Positions 9,503 to 18,431 of a stretch of 24,000 nt of DNA are shown piece after piece. Position 1 is the stretch's first letter. Each line of letters begins with the position of its first letter. This stretch comes from Halalkalibacterium halodurans. GTDB lineage: Bacteria; Bacillota; Bacilli; Bacillales; Bacillaceae_D. The translations under genes and the position numbers were made by a program. The stretch lies in contig NZ_SNUY01000009.1 of the NCBI RefSeq assembly GCF_004376175.1, forward strand, positions 4,533 to 28,532, in the 5' to 3' direction. The notes below the pieces were generated by a model, which saw only the letters and a list, made by a program, of their open reading frames with translations, was not told the DNA's origin and did not search any database.

Positions 9503-9860
9503 ACAGTCTCCCCCATTCGGTTCATGTTTTTTCTTCCTGTAATGTATGGTTTGCAAATAGTAACGTGCCTGTAATGCCCGTCGAACCCATCAGCTTGAGC
9601 TGACAATAGACGATAAAAACTCAGGTAACACACATTATCGTTTAACTTTTCTGACAAATGATTATACACTATGGACCAAAGGGCAGATTCTATGGTGTCA
9701 AGTTCATACGCTAAGAATAACCGAATCATTTCGCCAACTGTTTCACGTGGAACAGTGGTAGGAATTTGAATTGCATCCGAAATTTATCCTTTCTCCACCC
9801 TATTTGCACTACAAATTTCGTCCACAAGCTTCAATTCTAGCTAACATGTCCACGCCTTCA

Positions 9861-10577
9861 CTAGGACCGTTTCATATTGATGGTCGTCACCTCAAATTTA
9901 TCGTACCGATGACGAGAAAAGGAATATTCGAACGGCACACCATTATTTAAGAAACCTACATGTTCCACTTCCAAAATCGGATCATCCGCTTCACAATGCA
10001 AATGTTCTATCTCTAACGCCTCTGCTTTACAGGCACGAATTTTCCGGTGAGATCCGGCTATCGTTAACCCTAACGTGTCAATCAGATAAGAATAGATCGA
10101 GCCGTGCAACACCTCATCATTAATCCCTGGAATGAGTGGGGTCGGCATGTACGTTTTCTCTATCACATAAGGCTCACCGTCGACGAGCCGTAAGCGGATA
10201 ATATGATAGACTGGCGTTTTTTGGTCAATGGCTAAATGGGCTGCCACTTCTTCCGCTGGAAACTCCACATTAAATTGGATGACTTTACTCGTTACCTGTT
10301 TATCCTTTAACAAATTGGACAACCCTTTAACTTCATTGGTCAGTACATTGACACGGCTCGTATGGATGGCCGATTGAACAATAAACGTCCCATGCCCTCG
10401 CTTTCGATAAAGAAGCCCTTCCATAACCAAAATGTCCAGCGCTCTTTTCATCGTCATCCGGCTACAGCCAAACTCTTTTGAAAGGGAGATTTCATCTGGT
10501 ATCGGTTGATCTACAGGATAGTCGTTTTCTTTTATTCTCTTTTTTATTTCCATTGAAATGGCCTCGTACTTTTTCAT
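9861..10577 (-). CDS. gmuR: GntR/HutC-family transcriptional regulator (GmuR-like)
   Basis: Winged-helix region LSKEFGCSRMTMKRALDILVMEGLLYRKRGHGTFI followed by a UTRA-type C-terminal domain. ATG 10577 (MKKYEAISMEIKK) is preferred; the longer track ORF overlaps gmuD. The gene symbol rests on operon order. Confidence 0.75.
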   Translation of the reverse strand: MKKYEAISMEIKKRIKENDYPVDQPIPDEISLSKEFGCSRMTMKRALDILVMEGLLYRKRGHGTFIVQSAIHTSRVNVLTNEVKGLSNLLKDKQVTSKVIQFNVEFPAEEVAAHLAIDQKTPVYHIIRLRLVDGEPYVIEKTYMPTPLIPGINDEVLHGSIYSYLIDTLGLTIAGSHRKIRACKAEALEIEHLHCEADDPILEVEHVGFLNNGVPFEYSFSRHRYDKFEVTTINMKRS

Positions 10578-10621
10578 CGCATCCCCCACCCACCTTTTGC
10601 AAAAGACTTTGATTGATCGGT

Positions 10622-10652
10622 AAAAAAAGATGGTCAGGGTCGACCATCTTTT
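10622..10652 (-). terminator. intrinsic terminator directly after the GH1 gene stop, inside the PTS operon
   Basis: On the minus strand: TAA-AAGATGGTC-GACCCT-GACCATCTTT-TTTTA. The stem is 10-11 bp and a U-run follows. Confidence 0.7.
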
Positions 10653-12051
10653 AAAATCCATTATTCTCCGAAAGGGTCTTATACCATTTTCCGCTCTTTT
10701 TAATTGTCCGTTCACCATTCTTGTCTAAATTGACAGACACCAACCCATAGCGGTTTTTATAGGCATTCGCCCAGGACCAGTTATCCATAAACGTCCATAG
10801 GTGATACCCCTTAACGTTAGAGCCTTCCTGAATCGCCCGATGCACCCATTTTAAATGATCTTGGATGAATTCGATTCGGTAGTCATCATGGATCACACCA
10901 TTTTCATCACGAAACTTCTCTTCTCCTTCAACCCCCATTCCATTTTCGGAAATAAAGCATTCAATGTTTCCGTAATGTTCCTTCAGATTGATGAGAATAT
11001 CATAAATTCCTTTTTCGTAGATTTCCCATCCACGGTGAACGTTCATTTTCCGACCAGGCATCGCGTAGTGATCAAAATAGCGCTCTGGCATAAAAGGTGC
11101 ATCCGGATTTGGGAGGGCCTCTTTTGCCTTCACACGTCTCGGTTGATAATAATTCACACCTAAAAGATCCACCGTATGTTGGCGAATAATCTCTAAGTCT
11201 TCTTCTTCTATAATAGGCATAAAGCCTTCTTCTTTCAAGATTTGAACGAGCTCTTCTGGGAACTCCCCTTTAACCGACGGGTCTAAAAAGGAGCGGTTAA
11301 AAAAAGCATCTGCGATCTTTGCTGCTTTTAAGTCCGCAGGGTGATTACTTCGCGGATAGGAAGGAGTCAAATTTAAAATGATCCCGATTTTGCCACCCTG
11401 ATTCAATTGTTTGTAAGCCCTAATCGCTTTTGCACTTGATAACACCGTATGATAACCTACCTGAATCGCCTTTTGAAAGTCTACTTCGTTCGGGTAATGG
11501 AAGTCGTACAAGTATCCTCCCTCTACCGGAACGATCGGCTCGTTATGCGTAAACCATTTTTTTACGCGATCCCCAAATCGTTCAAAGCATGTTTTCGCAT
11601 AAGCTTCATATGCATCGACAACTTCGCGATTTGCCCAGCCGCCAATCTTTTGAAGTTCCATCGGCATGTCAAAATGAAAGAGGTTAACAAAAGGTTCAAT
11701 CCCTTGACCTAGCAGTTCGTCAATGACATTGTTATAAAACTCTACTCCTTTAGGGTTCACTTCCCCTCGTCCATCGGGAATAAGCCTTGACCATGAGATG
11801 GAAAAACGAAATGAGTTGTGCCCGACCTCTTTCATTAATTGAATATCTTCTTTATACCGCTCGTAAAATTGAGACGTGTCTTGTGGGCCGACACCTTGAA
11901 AAAAGCGACTCGGCTCAACTTCGTACCAATGATCCCAAATATTTTTTCCTTTCCCATCACGATGAGCCGCTCCTTCTGTTTGCGTTGCGGAGGTAGCAGA
12001 CCCCCACCAAAACCCTTCTGGAAAGCGATAAGTAACAGTATCTTTTGTCAT
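10651..12051 (-). CDS. gmuD: GH1 6-phospho-beta-glycosidase (GmuD/BglA-like)
   Basis: FPEGFWWGSATSATQTEG, acid/base motif TFNEP-like (FTHNEP), and nucleophile motif ISENG (FISENGMG). ATG 12051 lies 9 nt after AAAGGGGAG. Confidence 0.85.
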   Translation of the reverse strand: MTKDTVTYRFPEGFWWGSATSATQTEGAAHRDGKGKNIWDHWYEVEPSRFFQGVGPQDTSQFYERYKEDIQLMKEVGHNSFRFSISWSRLIPDGRGEVNPKGVEFYNNVIDELLGQGIEPFVNLFHFDMPMELQKIGGWANREVVDAYEAYAKTCFERFGDRVKKWFTHNEPIVPVEGGYLYDFHYPNEVDFQKAIQVGYHTVLSSAKAIRAYKQLNQGGKIGIILNLTPSYPRSNHPADLKAAKIADAFFNRSFLDPSVKGEFPEELVQILKEEGFMPIIEEEDLEIIRQHTVDLLGVNYYQPRRVKAKEALPNPDAPFMPERYFDHYAMPGRKMNVHRGWEIYEKGIYDILINLKEHYGNIECFISENGMGVEGEEKFRDENGVIHDDYRIEFIQDHLKWVHRAIQEGSNVKGYHLWTFMDNWSWANAYKNRYGLVSVNLDKNGERTIKKSGKWYKTLSENNGF

Positions 12052-12067
12052 ACAAGGCATCTCCCCT

Positions 12068-13360
12068 TTAAGCAGCGTTTTTTTCTTTTTGTTCTTTCTT
12101 TAGATTAAATCGGTCCATCGATTTTAAGAACGGATACCAAATCATAAACACAATCATTAGATTAACAAGTTGCAGTAGACCCCCCGCAATCGAATTGGTT
12201 GCCATAATCCCATTTATGAAAAACGGGACGGTCCAAGGAACAGCAACACCTGTCGGTGGAGGAACAAGCCCTGAGGCCATTGAAAAGTAAGTAACTAACG
12301 TCACGATCATGGGCGACAAAATCCACGGAACGATGATGAGCGGATTCATCACAATCGGGAGTCCGAAAATAATTGGTTCGTTTACGTTAAATAATCCCGG
12401 TCCGATCCCAAGCTTTCCGACCTGCTTCAACTGCTGGCTTTTCATGAACAGAAGGATGGCAAACACAACGGCTAGTGTCATCCCTGTTCCACCCATTCCA
12501 ACCGTAAAAATCTCGATAAATGGCTTGGAAATTATATTCGGGACGGGTTCCCCGTTCGTATACGCTTCCAAATTTTCAATCATGAGTGTGTTCCAGATAG
12601 GGTCCATGACCGAGTTTATAATGACCTGGCCATGCAAGCCGAAAAACCAAAGAATCTGAATAAAGAATATGGCGATTAACGTCGGGATAATTCCGCTTCC
12701 GAGCCCTACTAACGGCGCTTGTACCGCTTGATAGATCACATCGTGCATGTTCGTATGGAACAGCTGGGAAACGAAAACATTAATCGCTAGAAAAACGGTT
12801 AAGGTCAATACAGCAGGGATCAACGCAGCAAAGGACTTCGCAACAGCTGGCGGAACCCCCGGAGGCATTTTAATGGTAATGTTCCGTTGAACGATGCGCC
12901 GGTAAATTTCCGCCGAAAGAAAAGCGGTCATCATCGCAAGAAACATCCCCTTAGCTCCCAACCGATCTAACGGAATAACACCTTGAACCACTTCGCCAGC
13001 TTCCGTTTCCACCATAAAAGGAGTTAAAATGAAAAACGAGACAAGGGCGATGGCCCCACCGAAGATCGCTTCCACATTGTAACTCTTCGATAAATAATAC
13101 CCGATTCCGAAAGCCACAAACACAGACATCATTCCCATCGTGGCAGAAGAAGCAATGCTAAAACTTTCTCGAAATGTAGCAAGAGCTCCTTCATTCATGA
13201 GCTGGTCAAGGAATGGTAAATTCGTTAAAACGACAAAAATAGAACCAAAAATCGTCAATGGGAATGCTAACATAAATGCGTCTCGCAACACGGTTAAATA
13301 CCGATTGTTGTTCAATTTACCGGCGAGGGGTACCAAATAACGGCTTAGTTTTTCAAACAT
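12068..13360 (-). CDS. gmuC: PTS lactose/cellobiose-family EIIC permease (GmuC-like)
   Basis: Polytopic membrane protein, about 430 aa, beginning MFEKLSRYLVPLAGKLNNNRYLTVLRDAF, typical of EIIC-cellobiose proteins. ATG 13360 with GGAG upstream is preferred over TTG 13381. Confidence 0.85.
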   Translation of the reverse strand: MFEKLSRYLVPLAGKLNNNRYLTVLRDAFMLAFPLTIFGSIFVVLTNLPFLDQLMNEGALATFRESFSIASSATMGMMSVFVAFGIGYYLSKSYNVEAIFGGAIALVSFFILTPFMVETEAGEVVQGVIPLDRLGAKGMFLAMMTAFLSAEIYRRIVQRNITIKMPPGVPPAVAKSFAALIPAVLTLTVFLAINVFVSQLFHTNMHDVIYQAVQAPLVGLGSGIIPTLIAIFFIQILWFFGLHGQVIINSVMDPIWNTLMIENLEAYTNGEPVPNIISKPFIEIFTVGMGGTGMTLAVVFAILLFMKSQQLKQVGKLGIGPGLFNVNEPIIFGLPIVMNPLIIVPWILSPMIVTLVTYFSMASGLVPPPTGVAVPWTVPFFINGIMATNSIAGGLLQLVNLMIVFMIWYPFLKSMDRFNLKKEQKEKNAA

Positions 13361-13385
13361 GGGACGTTCGCTCCAATTCAAATGA

Positions 13386-13715
13386 TTACTTTTTCATTTT
13401 GAAAATCTCTAACAACTCTTTCACTAAATCTTTCATTGTTAACGTAGACATTAGATGATCCTCTGCATGCATGAGCAACAAGGACAGCTCCGTTTTTTCT
13501 CCAGTAGCCTCTTGTTGTACGAGCTTAAAGTGAATTTCGTGAGCTACATTCAAATCCTTTTCCGCCTCCACGAGAAGGTCGTTTGCTTCCGCTTCCTTCC
13601 CTTCACGATACTCCCGCAATGCTTGCAGTATTTTGCTTCTCCCGTTTCCGCTATGGAGAATAATCATAAACGGAATTTGATCACTCGATAATTGGTCAAA
13701 ATCAATCGCTTCCAT
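13386..13715 (-). CDS. gmuA: PTS lactose/cellobiose-family EIIA (GmuA-like)
   Basis: 109 aa helical protein with IILHSGNGRS...AHEIH...LLLMHAEDHLM, typical of the EIIA-Lac family. Its start overlaps the IIB stop (TAATG). Confidence 0.85.
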   Translation of the reverse strand: MEAIDFDQLSSDQIPFMIILHSGNGRSKILQALREYREGKEAEANDLLVEAEKDLNVAHEIHFKLVQQEATGEKTELSLLLMHAEDHLMSTLTMKDLVKELLEIFKMKK

Positions 13716-14026
13716 TAACGTCCTCCTATGAGGGACAAGGCTTGCTCATATGCTTTTTTGCCATCTGCCATCCCGTATGCCATCATGTCAATGACATCCA
13801 CTTGAATGCCATATTGCTCCGCTTCTTTTTGAAATTCCCCTTTTAAAAAGCTCATTTGTGGCCCGATCAGTACTACATCGGCGTTCGCCATTTCCCGCTT
13901 CGCCTGATCCTGTCCAACTGCCCAAATCTTAACCTCATCTCCGATGGATGCTGCGTACTCTTCCATTTTTGTCACTAAAAGACTTGTTGACATTCCCGAA
14001 CTGCAAGCCAATAAAATCTTTTTCAT
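13715..14026 (-). CDS. gmuB: PTS lactose/cellobiose-family EIIB (GmuB-like)
   Basis: MKKILLACSSGMSTSLLV carries the phosphorylatable Cys motif. ATG 14026 lies 9 nt after AGGAG. The track start 14062 adds 12 residues that overlap the cre-like box. Confidence 0.85.
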   Translation of the reverse strand: MKKILLACSSGMSTSLLVTKMEEYAASIGDEVKIWAVGQDQAKREMANADVVLIGPQMSFLKGEFQKEAEQYGIQVDVIDMMAYGMADGKKAYEQALSLIGGR

Positions 14027-14046
14027 TACAATCAGCTCCTTTTTTA

Positions 14047-14061
14047 TGATAAGCGCTTTCA
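14047..14061. promoter_or_regulatory. cre-like box (imperfect) in the PTS operon leader
   Basis: TGATAAGCGCTTTCA. It contains the palindromic AAGCGCTT core of CcpA cre sites, but one half is offset by one nucleotide relative to TGWAANCGNTNWCA. Confidence 0.4.
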
Positions 14062-14071
14062 CTCTCCTATA

Positions 14072-14102
14072 ATTATAATCAATTAATTTTAAATGTCTAT
14101 AC
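14072..14102 (-). promoter_or_regulatory. candidate sigma-A promoter of the PTS operon with an overlapping HutC-type operator
   Basis: Minus strand: TAGACA (14094-14099), 16-nt spacer, TATAAT (14072-14077). GTCTATAC (14095-14102) fits the GTnTAnAC core of GntR/HutC operators and overlaps the -35. Confidence 0.45.
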
Positions 14103-14308
14103 TTTTATTTAATAATGTTTGTATCTTTTGCATCTTAACATCATGAGAATAGGAGTTGTTTGACGATATAAAATGAACTAGTTTATCAATCGAAGAGACA
14201 TCAGCTGATGCCCACTCCAAGGTTTTCAATTCATGTGGAGAACGCCATTTATTTCATCGTGCTCGGTAAGTCTCGGTGTTCCGCTAACTAATTTGCATAA
14301 AAAGGTTG

Positions 14309-14400
14309 TTAAATGCCCCAGCGACCGCCAAAAGCCCAATAGACGTGAATCATGCTAACAATGAATAATACGATGACAAACTATACGCGAAGAGAGCCAT
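14309..14400 (-). pseudogene. frameshifted fragments of a small membrane protein gene (HVYWAFGGRWG motif, possibly DUF3995-like)
   Basis: AGGAG lies 10 nt upstream of ATG 14400 (MALFAYS...). That frame stops after 16 codons. The adjacent frame reads FVIVLFIVSMIHVYWAFGGRWGI and then stops. The 14063-14470 region has no intact ORF of 60 aa or more. Confidence 0.3.
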
Positions 14401-14518
14401 AAGCAAAAATCTCCTGCCAAAGTTGTCTTGTTAAACTTGAACCTTAATTTTATGTTGAGGCTCCTGGTGGTTTTACAGTAGAAGTAATGTGTTGATTTTA
14501 GAGTAAATACTCAAAATT

Positions 14519-14556
14519 AAACAAGCGGCCATTTTGAACAAAGTGGCCGCTTGTTT
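14519..14556. terminator. strong 13-bp hairpin AAACAAGCGGCCA / TGGCCGCTTGTTT
   Basis: Perfect 13-bp arms with a 12-nt loop. On the minus strand it is followed by AATTTTGAG. It sits inside the nominal 74-aa ORF, right after the TetR-like residues end. Confidence 0.6.
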
Positions 14557-14601
14557 CCTGAACTTTATTGAAAAGAAAGATACGGAGACAAAAGGAAGGA
14601 G

Positions 14602-14697
14602 AGAAGCTTCAGCAATATGGTTTGTCGATACTTTTCTAGCACCTAACTCGTTGAACAGCTCAATTGCTTTATACAATATACGCGTCTTTGTGTTCAC
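14602..14697 (-). pseudogene. TetR-family regulator, N-terminal remnant only (about 32 codons)
   Basis: The GTG-start ORF reads NTKTRILYKAIELFNELGARKVSTNHIAEA, which is a TetR helix-turn-helix. After that the sequence loses all TetR character (SLLPFVSVSFFSIKF...) and runs through the hairpin. Confidence 0.6.
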
Positions 14698-14744
14698 AAT
14701 ATCAACCCCTGTTCGACTTCCCTTCCGTCTACAGAGACTCTCTA

Positions 14745-14757
14745 ATTGACTGTCAAT
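14745..14757. promoter_or_regulatory. palindrome ATTGAC-T-GTCAAT upstream of the TetR remnant; candidate operator
   Basis: Perfect 6-bp arms. The adjacent AGAGA-C-TCTCT (14733-14743) is a second small palindrome. The TTGACA on the minus strand could serve as a -35. Confidence 0.3.
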
Positions 14758-14776
14758 GCAGATACATTATATCGTT

Positions 14777-14820
14777 AAAAAAGACTACACAAGAGAGCCT
14801 CCTCTTCTCCGTGTAGTCCT
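14777..14820 (-). terminator. intrinsic terminator of the methylcitrate operon
   Basis: Minus strand: GACTACAC ... GTGTAGTC stem followed by TTTTTT, 7 nt after the prpB stop. Confidence 0.7.
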
Positions 14821-14826
14821 AAAATT

Positions 14827-15729
14827 TTATTCTCCTAATACTGTTTTGGCGATGTTTTTGTCCAGTGCTTCAAAATCATCATACGAAATCGTTTCATACA
14901 GTTCTTTTCTTGTTTGCATATCTTCTATACCGGCTTCCTGAGTTCCTTCATCTTTTATTAACTGAAAGATTCGTTCATAGGCTTTGGCAGCCACTCGCAA
15001 TGACGTAACTGGATAGATCACCATTTGAAAGCCTGCATTTTGTAATCCTCCTGCGGTCATCAAAGGAGTTTTCCCGAATTCCGTCATATTTGCAAGCAAT
15101 GGCGCAGATACATTTTCCGCCACGAGGCGAAATTCTTCGGCCGATTGTAATGCTTCTGGGAAAATAGCATCCGCTCCAGCCTCAATATAGGCGTTTGCCC
15201 GTTCTATCGCCCCATTTAGCCCTTCATTTGCGCGAGCATCGGTTCTAGCCACAATCACTAATGTGGGTGCCACCTTTTTAATCGCTTGAATTTTTTGCTC
15301 CATTTCTTCTTTGGAAACGAGCTGCTTCCCATTTAAATGGCCACATTTCTTCGGTAGCTGTTGATCTTCTATTTGAACAGCGGCCACATTTGCTTCTAAC
15401 ATCTCCTGTGCAGTACGAGCTACGTTTAAAACACCGCCAAATCCAGTATCAATATCTACAAGGACCGGTAAATTGGTTGCCCGCACAAGATCTTTTGCCC
15501 GATCAGCAACCTCCGTAGACGTCACAATCCCTAAGTCCGGTAAGCCCCTACTCGCGGTATAGGCGCCACCCGATAAATAGAGGGCCGAGAAGCCAGCCTT
15601 TTTAGCAACGAGTGCGGCCATCGCATCATGGGCACCAGGGATTTGTAAAATGGCTTCTTCTTTCATTAGCTGCCTAAACCGGTCAGCTAATTCCTTCTGT
15701 GATTTCGGTTGCTCGACGATCCACGCCAT
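14827..15729 (-). CDS. prpB: methylisocitrate lyase (PrpB / YqiQ-like)
   Basis: 300 aa of the isocitrate lyase/PEP mutase family: IPGAHDAMAALVAKKAGF, DIDTGFG, KKCGH. AAGGAGG ribosome-binding site. The operon context is methylcitrate synthase plus dehydratase. Confidence 0.88.
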   Translation of the reverse strand: MAWIVEQPKSQKELADRFRQLMKEEAILQIPGAHDAMAALVAKKAGFSALYLSGGAYTASRGLPDLGIVTSTEVADRAKDLVRATNLPVLVDIDTGFGGVLNVARTAQEMLEANVAAVQIEDQQLPKKCGHLNGKQLVSKEEMEQKIQAIKKVAPTLVIVARTDARANEGLNGAIERANAYIEAGADAIFPEALQSAEEFRLVAENVSAPLLANMTEFGKTPLMTAGGLQNAGFQMVIYPVTSLRVAAKAYERIFQLIKDEGTQEAGIEDMQTRKELYETISYDDFEALDKNIAKTVLGE

Positions 15730-15746
15730 TTTCGTGTCCTCCTTAT

Positions 15747-17183
15747 TTACTTCACAAATAACTCTATAAATTCATTGACATTCATTGCTGCTAACCGATC
15801 ATAATCATAGCTAACCGCTTCAATTTGCTCTAGTTGTTTTTTTGCATAGTGCGTTCCTAAATTCGCTGCATATTTTTCCACTATTTTTGGAACAGCTTCT
15901 TCTCTCCGAAAGCGGTGGCCTAACGGATACTGGCGTTCAATGTTAGCTGTTGAAGTTCCATCTTTAAAATGAACTTGGACTGCATTGGCAATAGATCGTT
16001 TTTTCGGGTCTAAGTAATCTTTCGTATAGTCTTTGTTTTCTGTAACGACCATTTTATCCCGAAGTCGATCGATCCGAGGATCTGCTGCGGCCTCATCCTC
16101 ATAATCCTCCGCCACAATTGCTCCTTTTAATAACCCCACTGCTGTTATATATTGCAGACAATGATCCCGATCAGCAGGGTTATATAATGGACCCCTCTTA
16201 TCAATAATCCGAATGGCAGACTCATGAGTTGAAATCGTAATATGGTCAATCTCATCGAGACGGCCTTTAACTTCAGGATGAAGCTCTATTGCAGCCTCTG
16301 CTGCCGTTTGCGCATGAAACTCAGCTGGAAACGACACTTTAAATAACACATTTTCCATCACATAGCTATCAAGCGGCTGATTCAATACGAGTTTTTGTTT
16401 ATTAAATAACACATCTTGAAAGCCCCAGCCCGGTGCACTTAAAGCTGTTTGATAGCCCATCTCTCCTTTTATCGCCATAATCGCTAAACGAACGGCACGG
16501 CTTGTGGCATCACCAGCAGCCCATGATTTACGTGAGCCCGTGTTAGGCGCTTGACGATACGTACGTAAGCTCGAGTTATCGATCCATGCGTTCGATAATG
16601 CATTGATGATTTCTTGCCTATCTCCTCCAAGCATTTTCGTTACGACGGCTGTCGTGGCAATTTTTACAAACAATACATGATCCAGCCCTACACGATTTAA
16701 ACTGTTTTCTAAAGCTAGTACTCCTTGAATCTCGTGGGCCTTAATCATCATTTCCAAGACGTCTTTGACCTTTAATGGTTCCTTGCCTTTTGAAAGGTTC
16801 TCTTGACTGATAAAATCGGCAACGGCTAATATCCCGCCCAAATTGTCCGATGGGTGGCCCCACTCAGCAGCAAGCCACGTATCGTTATAATCTAACCAGC
16901 GAATCATTGTGCCAATGTTAAACGCTCCTTGGACAGGGTCCAACACGTAAGAAGTCCCTGGCACCCTTGTTCCTCTTGGGACGATCGTTCCTGGAACAAT
17001 TGGTCCGAGATGCTTCGTGCACTCGGGATAGTTTAATGCTAGAATTCCGCACCCAATCGTGTCGATTAATACGTAATGAGCAGTCGAAAAAGCCTCCTCA
17101 CTTGTAATCTCATGATGAAGGACGTAATCTGCGATCTGCTCTAACAAAATATCTGTCGTTCTCTCATCTTTTACTTGTACCAT
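15747..17183 (-). CDS. prpD: 2-methylcitrate dehydratase (PrpD / MmgE family)
   Basis: 478 aa. Length and overall sequence are typical of the MmgE/PrpD family. AAGGGGGA ribosome-binding site. It lies between the synthase and lyase genes. Confidence 0.85.
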   Translation of the reverse strand: MVQVKDERTTDILLEQIADYVLHHEITSEEAFSTAHYVLIDTIGCGILALNYPECTKHLGPIVPGTIVPRGTRVPGTSYVLDPVQGAFNIGTMIRWLDYNDTWLAAEWGHPSDNLGGILAVADFISQENLSKGKEPLKVKDVLEMMIKAHEIQGVLALENSLNRVGLDHVLFVKIATTAVVTKMLGGDRQEIINALSNAWIDNSSLRTYRQAPNTGSRKSWAAGDATSRAVRLAIMAIKGEMGYQTALSAPGWGFQDVLFNKQKLVLNQPLDSYVMENVLFKVSFPAEFHAQTAAEAAIELHPEVKGRLDEIDHITISTHESAIRIIDKRGPLYNPADRDHCLQYITAVGLLKGAIVAEDYEDEAAADPRIDRLRDKMVVTENKDYTKDYLDPKKRSIANAVQVHFKDGTSTANIERQYPLGHRFRREEAVPKIVEKYAANLGTHYAKKQLEQIEAVSYDYDRLAAMNVNEFIELFVK

Positions 17184-17199
17184 GTTGATCCCCCTTTGC

Positions 17200-18306
17200 T
17201 TAGTAGCTTTCCCCGATATAACTTACTCGCGGACGGAAAATACGATTATTCTGATGCTGTTCCATGACATGTGCGGCCAAACCAGCTGTTCGGGCTGTAA
17301 AGAATATGGGTGTATATAATTCAATTGGAATCCCTAACATCCAATAGACAGGTGCTGCATAGTAATCTAGGTTCGGATACAATCCTTTTTCCTCAAGCAT
17401 CGTTTTTTCTCCAGCCTCACATCTATCTAACAGAGAATAATCTCCTTTTTTCTCACACAGCTGCTTTAAGGATTCCTTCATTTCTAGTGCACGCGGGTCC
17501 ATTTTCTTCATATAAACTCTGTGACCAAAGCCCATTACTTTTTCTTTATTGACTAGCTTCTTCTGGATTAATTGCTGGAACTCAGCAGCTGAATCAACCG
17601 ACTGTAACATATACATCACGGCTTCATTGGCACCACCATGAAGATTCCCTTTCAATGAAGCGACTCCCCCTGTTAATGCTCCATAAAGATCAGAATGGGT
17701 TGAAGCAATGACCCTAGCCGTAAACGTTGAGTTAGGCATTTCATGTTCACTATATAAAAGTAAAGACCGGTCAAAAATCTTCACTTCAAATGGCTTTGGC
17801 TCTTTCCCGGTGATCATGTAAAGAAAATTGGCGCTATATGAAAGAGTCGGATCAGGCTGTACCGTTTTTAGACCGTTTATAAGCCGGTAGCTATTTACCG
17901 TAATAGCTGGCAATTTCCCTAACAGTTTATAAGCCCGTGCTTTGTTTGCTTCAGTGGAGCGACTCTCGATCTCTTTGTCAACCGAAGAAAGCGCTGACAA
18001 TCCTGTGCGTAAGCCGTCCATTGGATGTGTTGTCTCCGGTAACAAACTCAATATTTCCATGACATATGAAGGGATGTCGTAATGTTTCTTCAGCGTGTCT
18101 TCCAATGCGGATTTTTCTGAGGCATTTGGCAATGTTCCGTCTAATAATAAATGAACGACGTCTAGATAATCGTTGCTTACGGATAAATCAATTAAGTCAT
18201 GACCTCTAATAATAATCTTTTCTCGTTCTGTATCAAGAAAAGATATCGCGGTCTCTGCTGCAATCACGCGATCTAAACCAGGAACGAACGGCTGTTTTAT
18301 GCTCAT
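17200..18306 (-). CDS. prpC: citrate synthase family enzyme, 2-methylcitrate synthase by context (MmgD/PrpC-like)
   Basis: Citrate synthase motifs GFGHRVY and HEMPNST-type region. ATG 18306 lies 7 nt after AAGGAGG; the track start 18330 is a TTG upstream of that ribosome-binding site. Confidence 0.82.
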   Translation of the reverse strand: MSIKQPFVPGLDRVIAAETAISFLDTEREKIIIRGHDLIDLSVSNDYLDVVHLLLDGTLPNASEKSALEDTLKKHYDIPSYVMEILSLLPETTHPMDGLRTGLSALSSVDKEIESRSTEANKARAYKLLGKLPAITVNSYRLINGLKTVQPDPTLSYSANFLYMITGKEPKPFEVKIFDRSLLLYSEHEMPNSTFTARVIASTHSDLYGALTGGVASLKGNLHGGANEAVMYMLQSVDSAAEFQQLIQKKLVNKEKVMGFGHRVYMKKMDPRALEMKESLKQLCEKKGDYSLLDRCEAGEKTMLEEKGLYPNLDYYAAPVYWMLGIPIELYTPIFFTARTAGLAAHVMEQHQNNRIFRPRVSYIGESY

Positions 18307-18366
18307 GAACACCCTCCTTATTTCATCCAATCATTTCTATATACCTATTATAAAATTGAAACCAAG

Positions 18367-18413
18367 ATTGGAAAAATATATAATTTTAATGAATAACCAT
18401 AAATTTTTCCAAT
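18367..18413. promoter_or_regulatory. 11-bp perfect inverted repeat ATTGGAAAAAT ... ATTTTTCCAAT in the divergent prp/LysR promoter region
   Basis: Arms at 18367-18377 and 18403-18413 with a 25-nt AT-rich spacer. Located between the divergently transcribed synthase and LysR genes. Confidence 0.4.
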
Positions 18414-18431
18414 AACAAAGGGGTGTGTTCC

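Noticed and set aside
9661-9701. Perfect TTGACA (9696-9701) and perfect TATAAT (9661-9666) on the minus strand upstream of manA
   Set aside because: The two hexamers are 29 nt apart, far from the 17 +/- 1 spacing, so they cannot form one sigma-A promoter. Only the TATAAT is kept, as a weak candidate.
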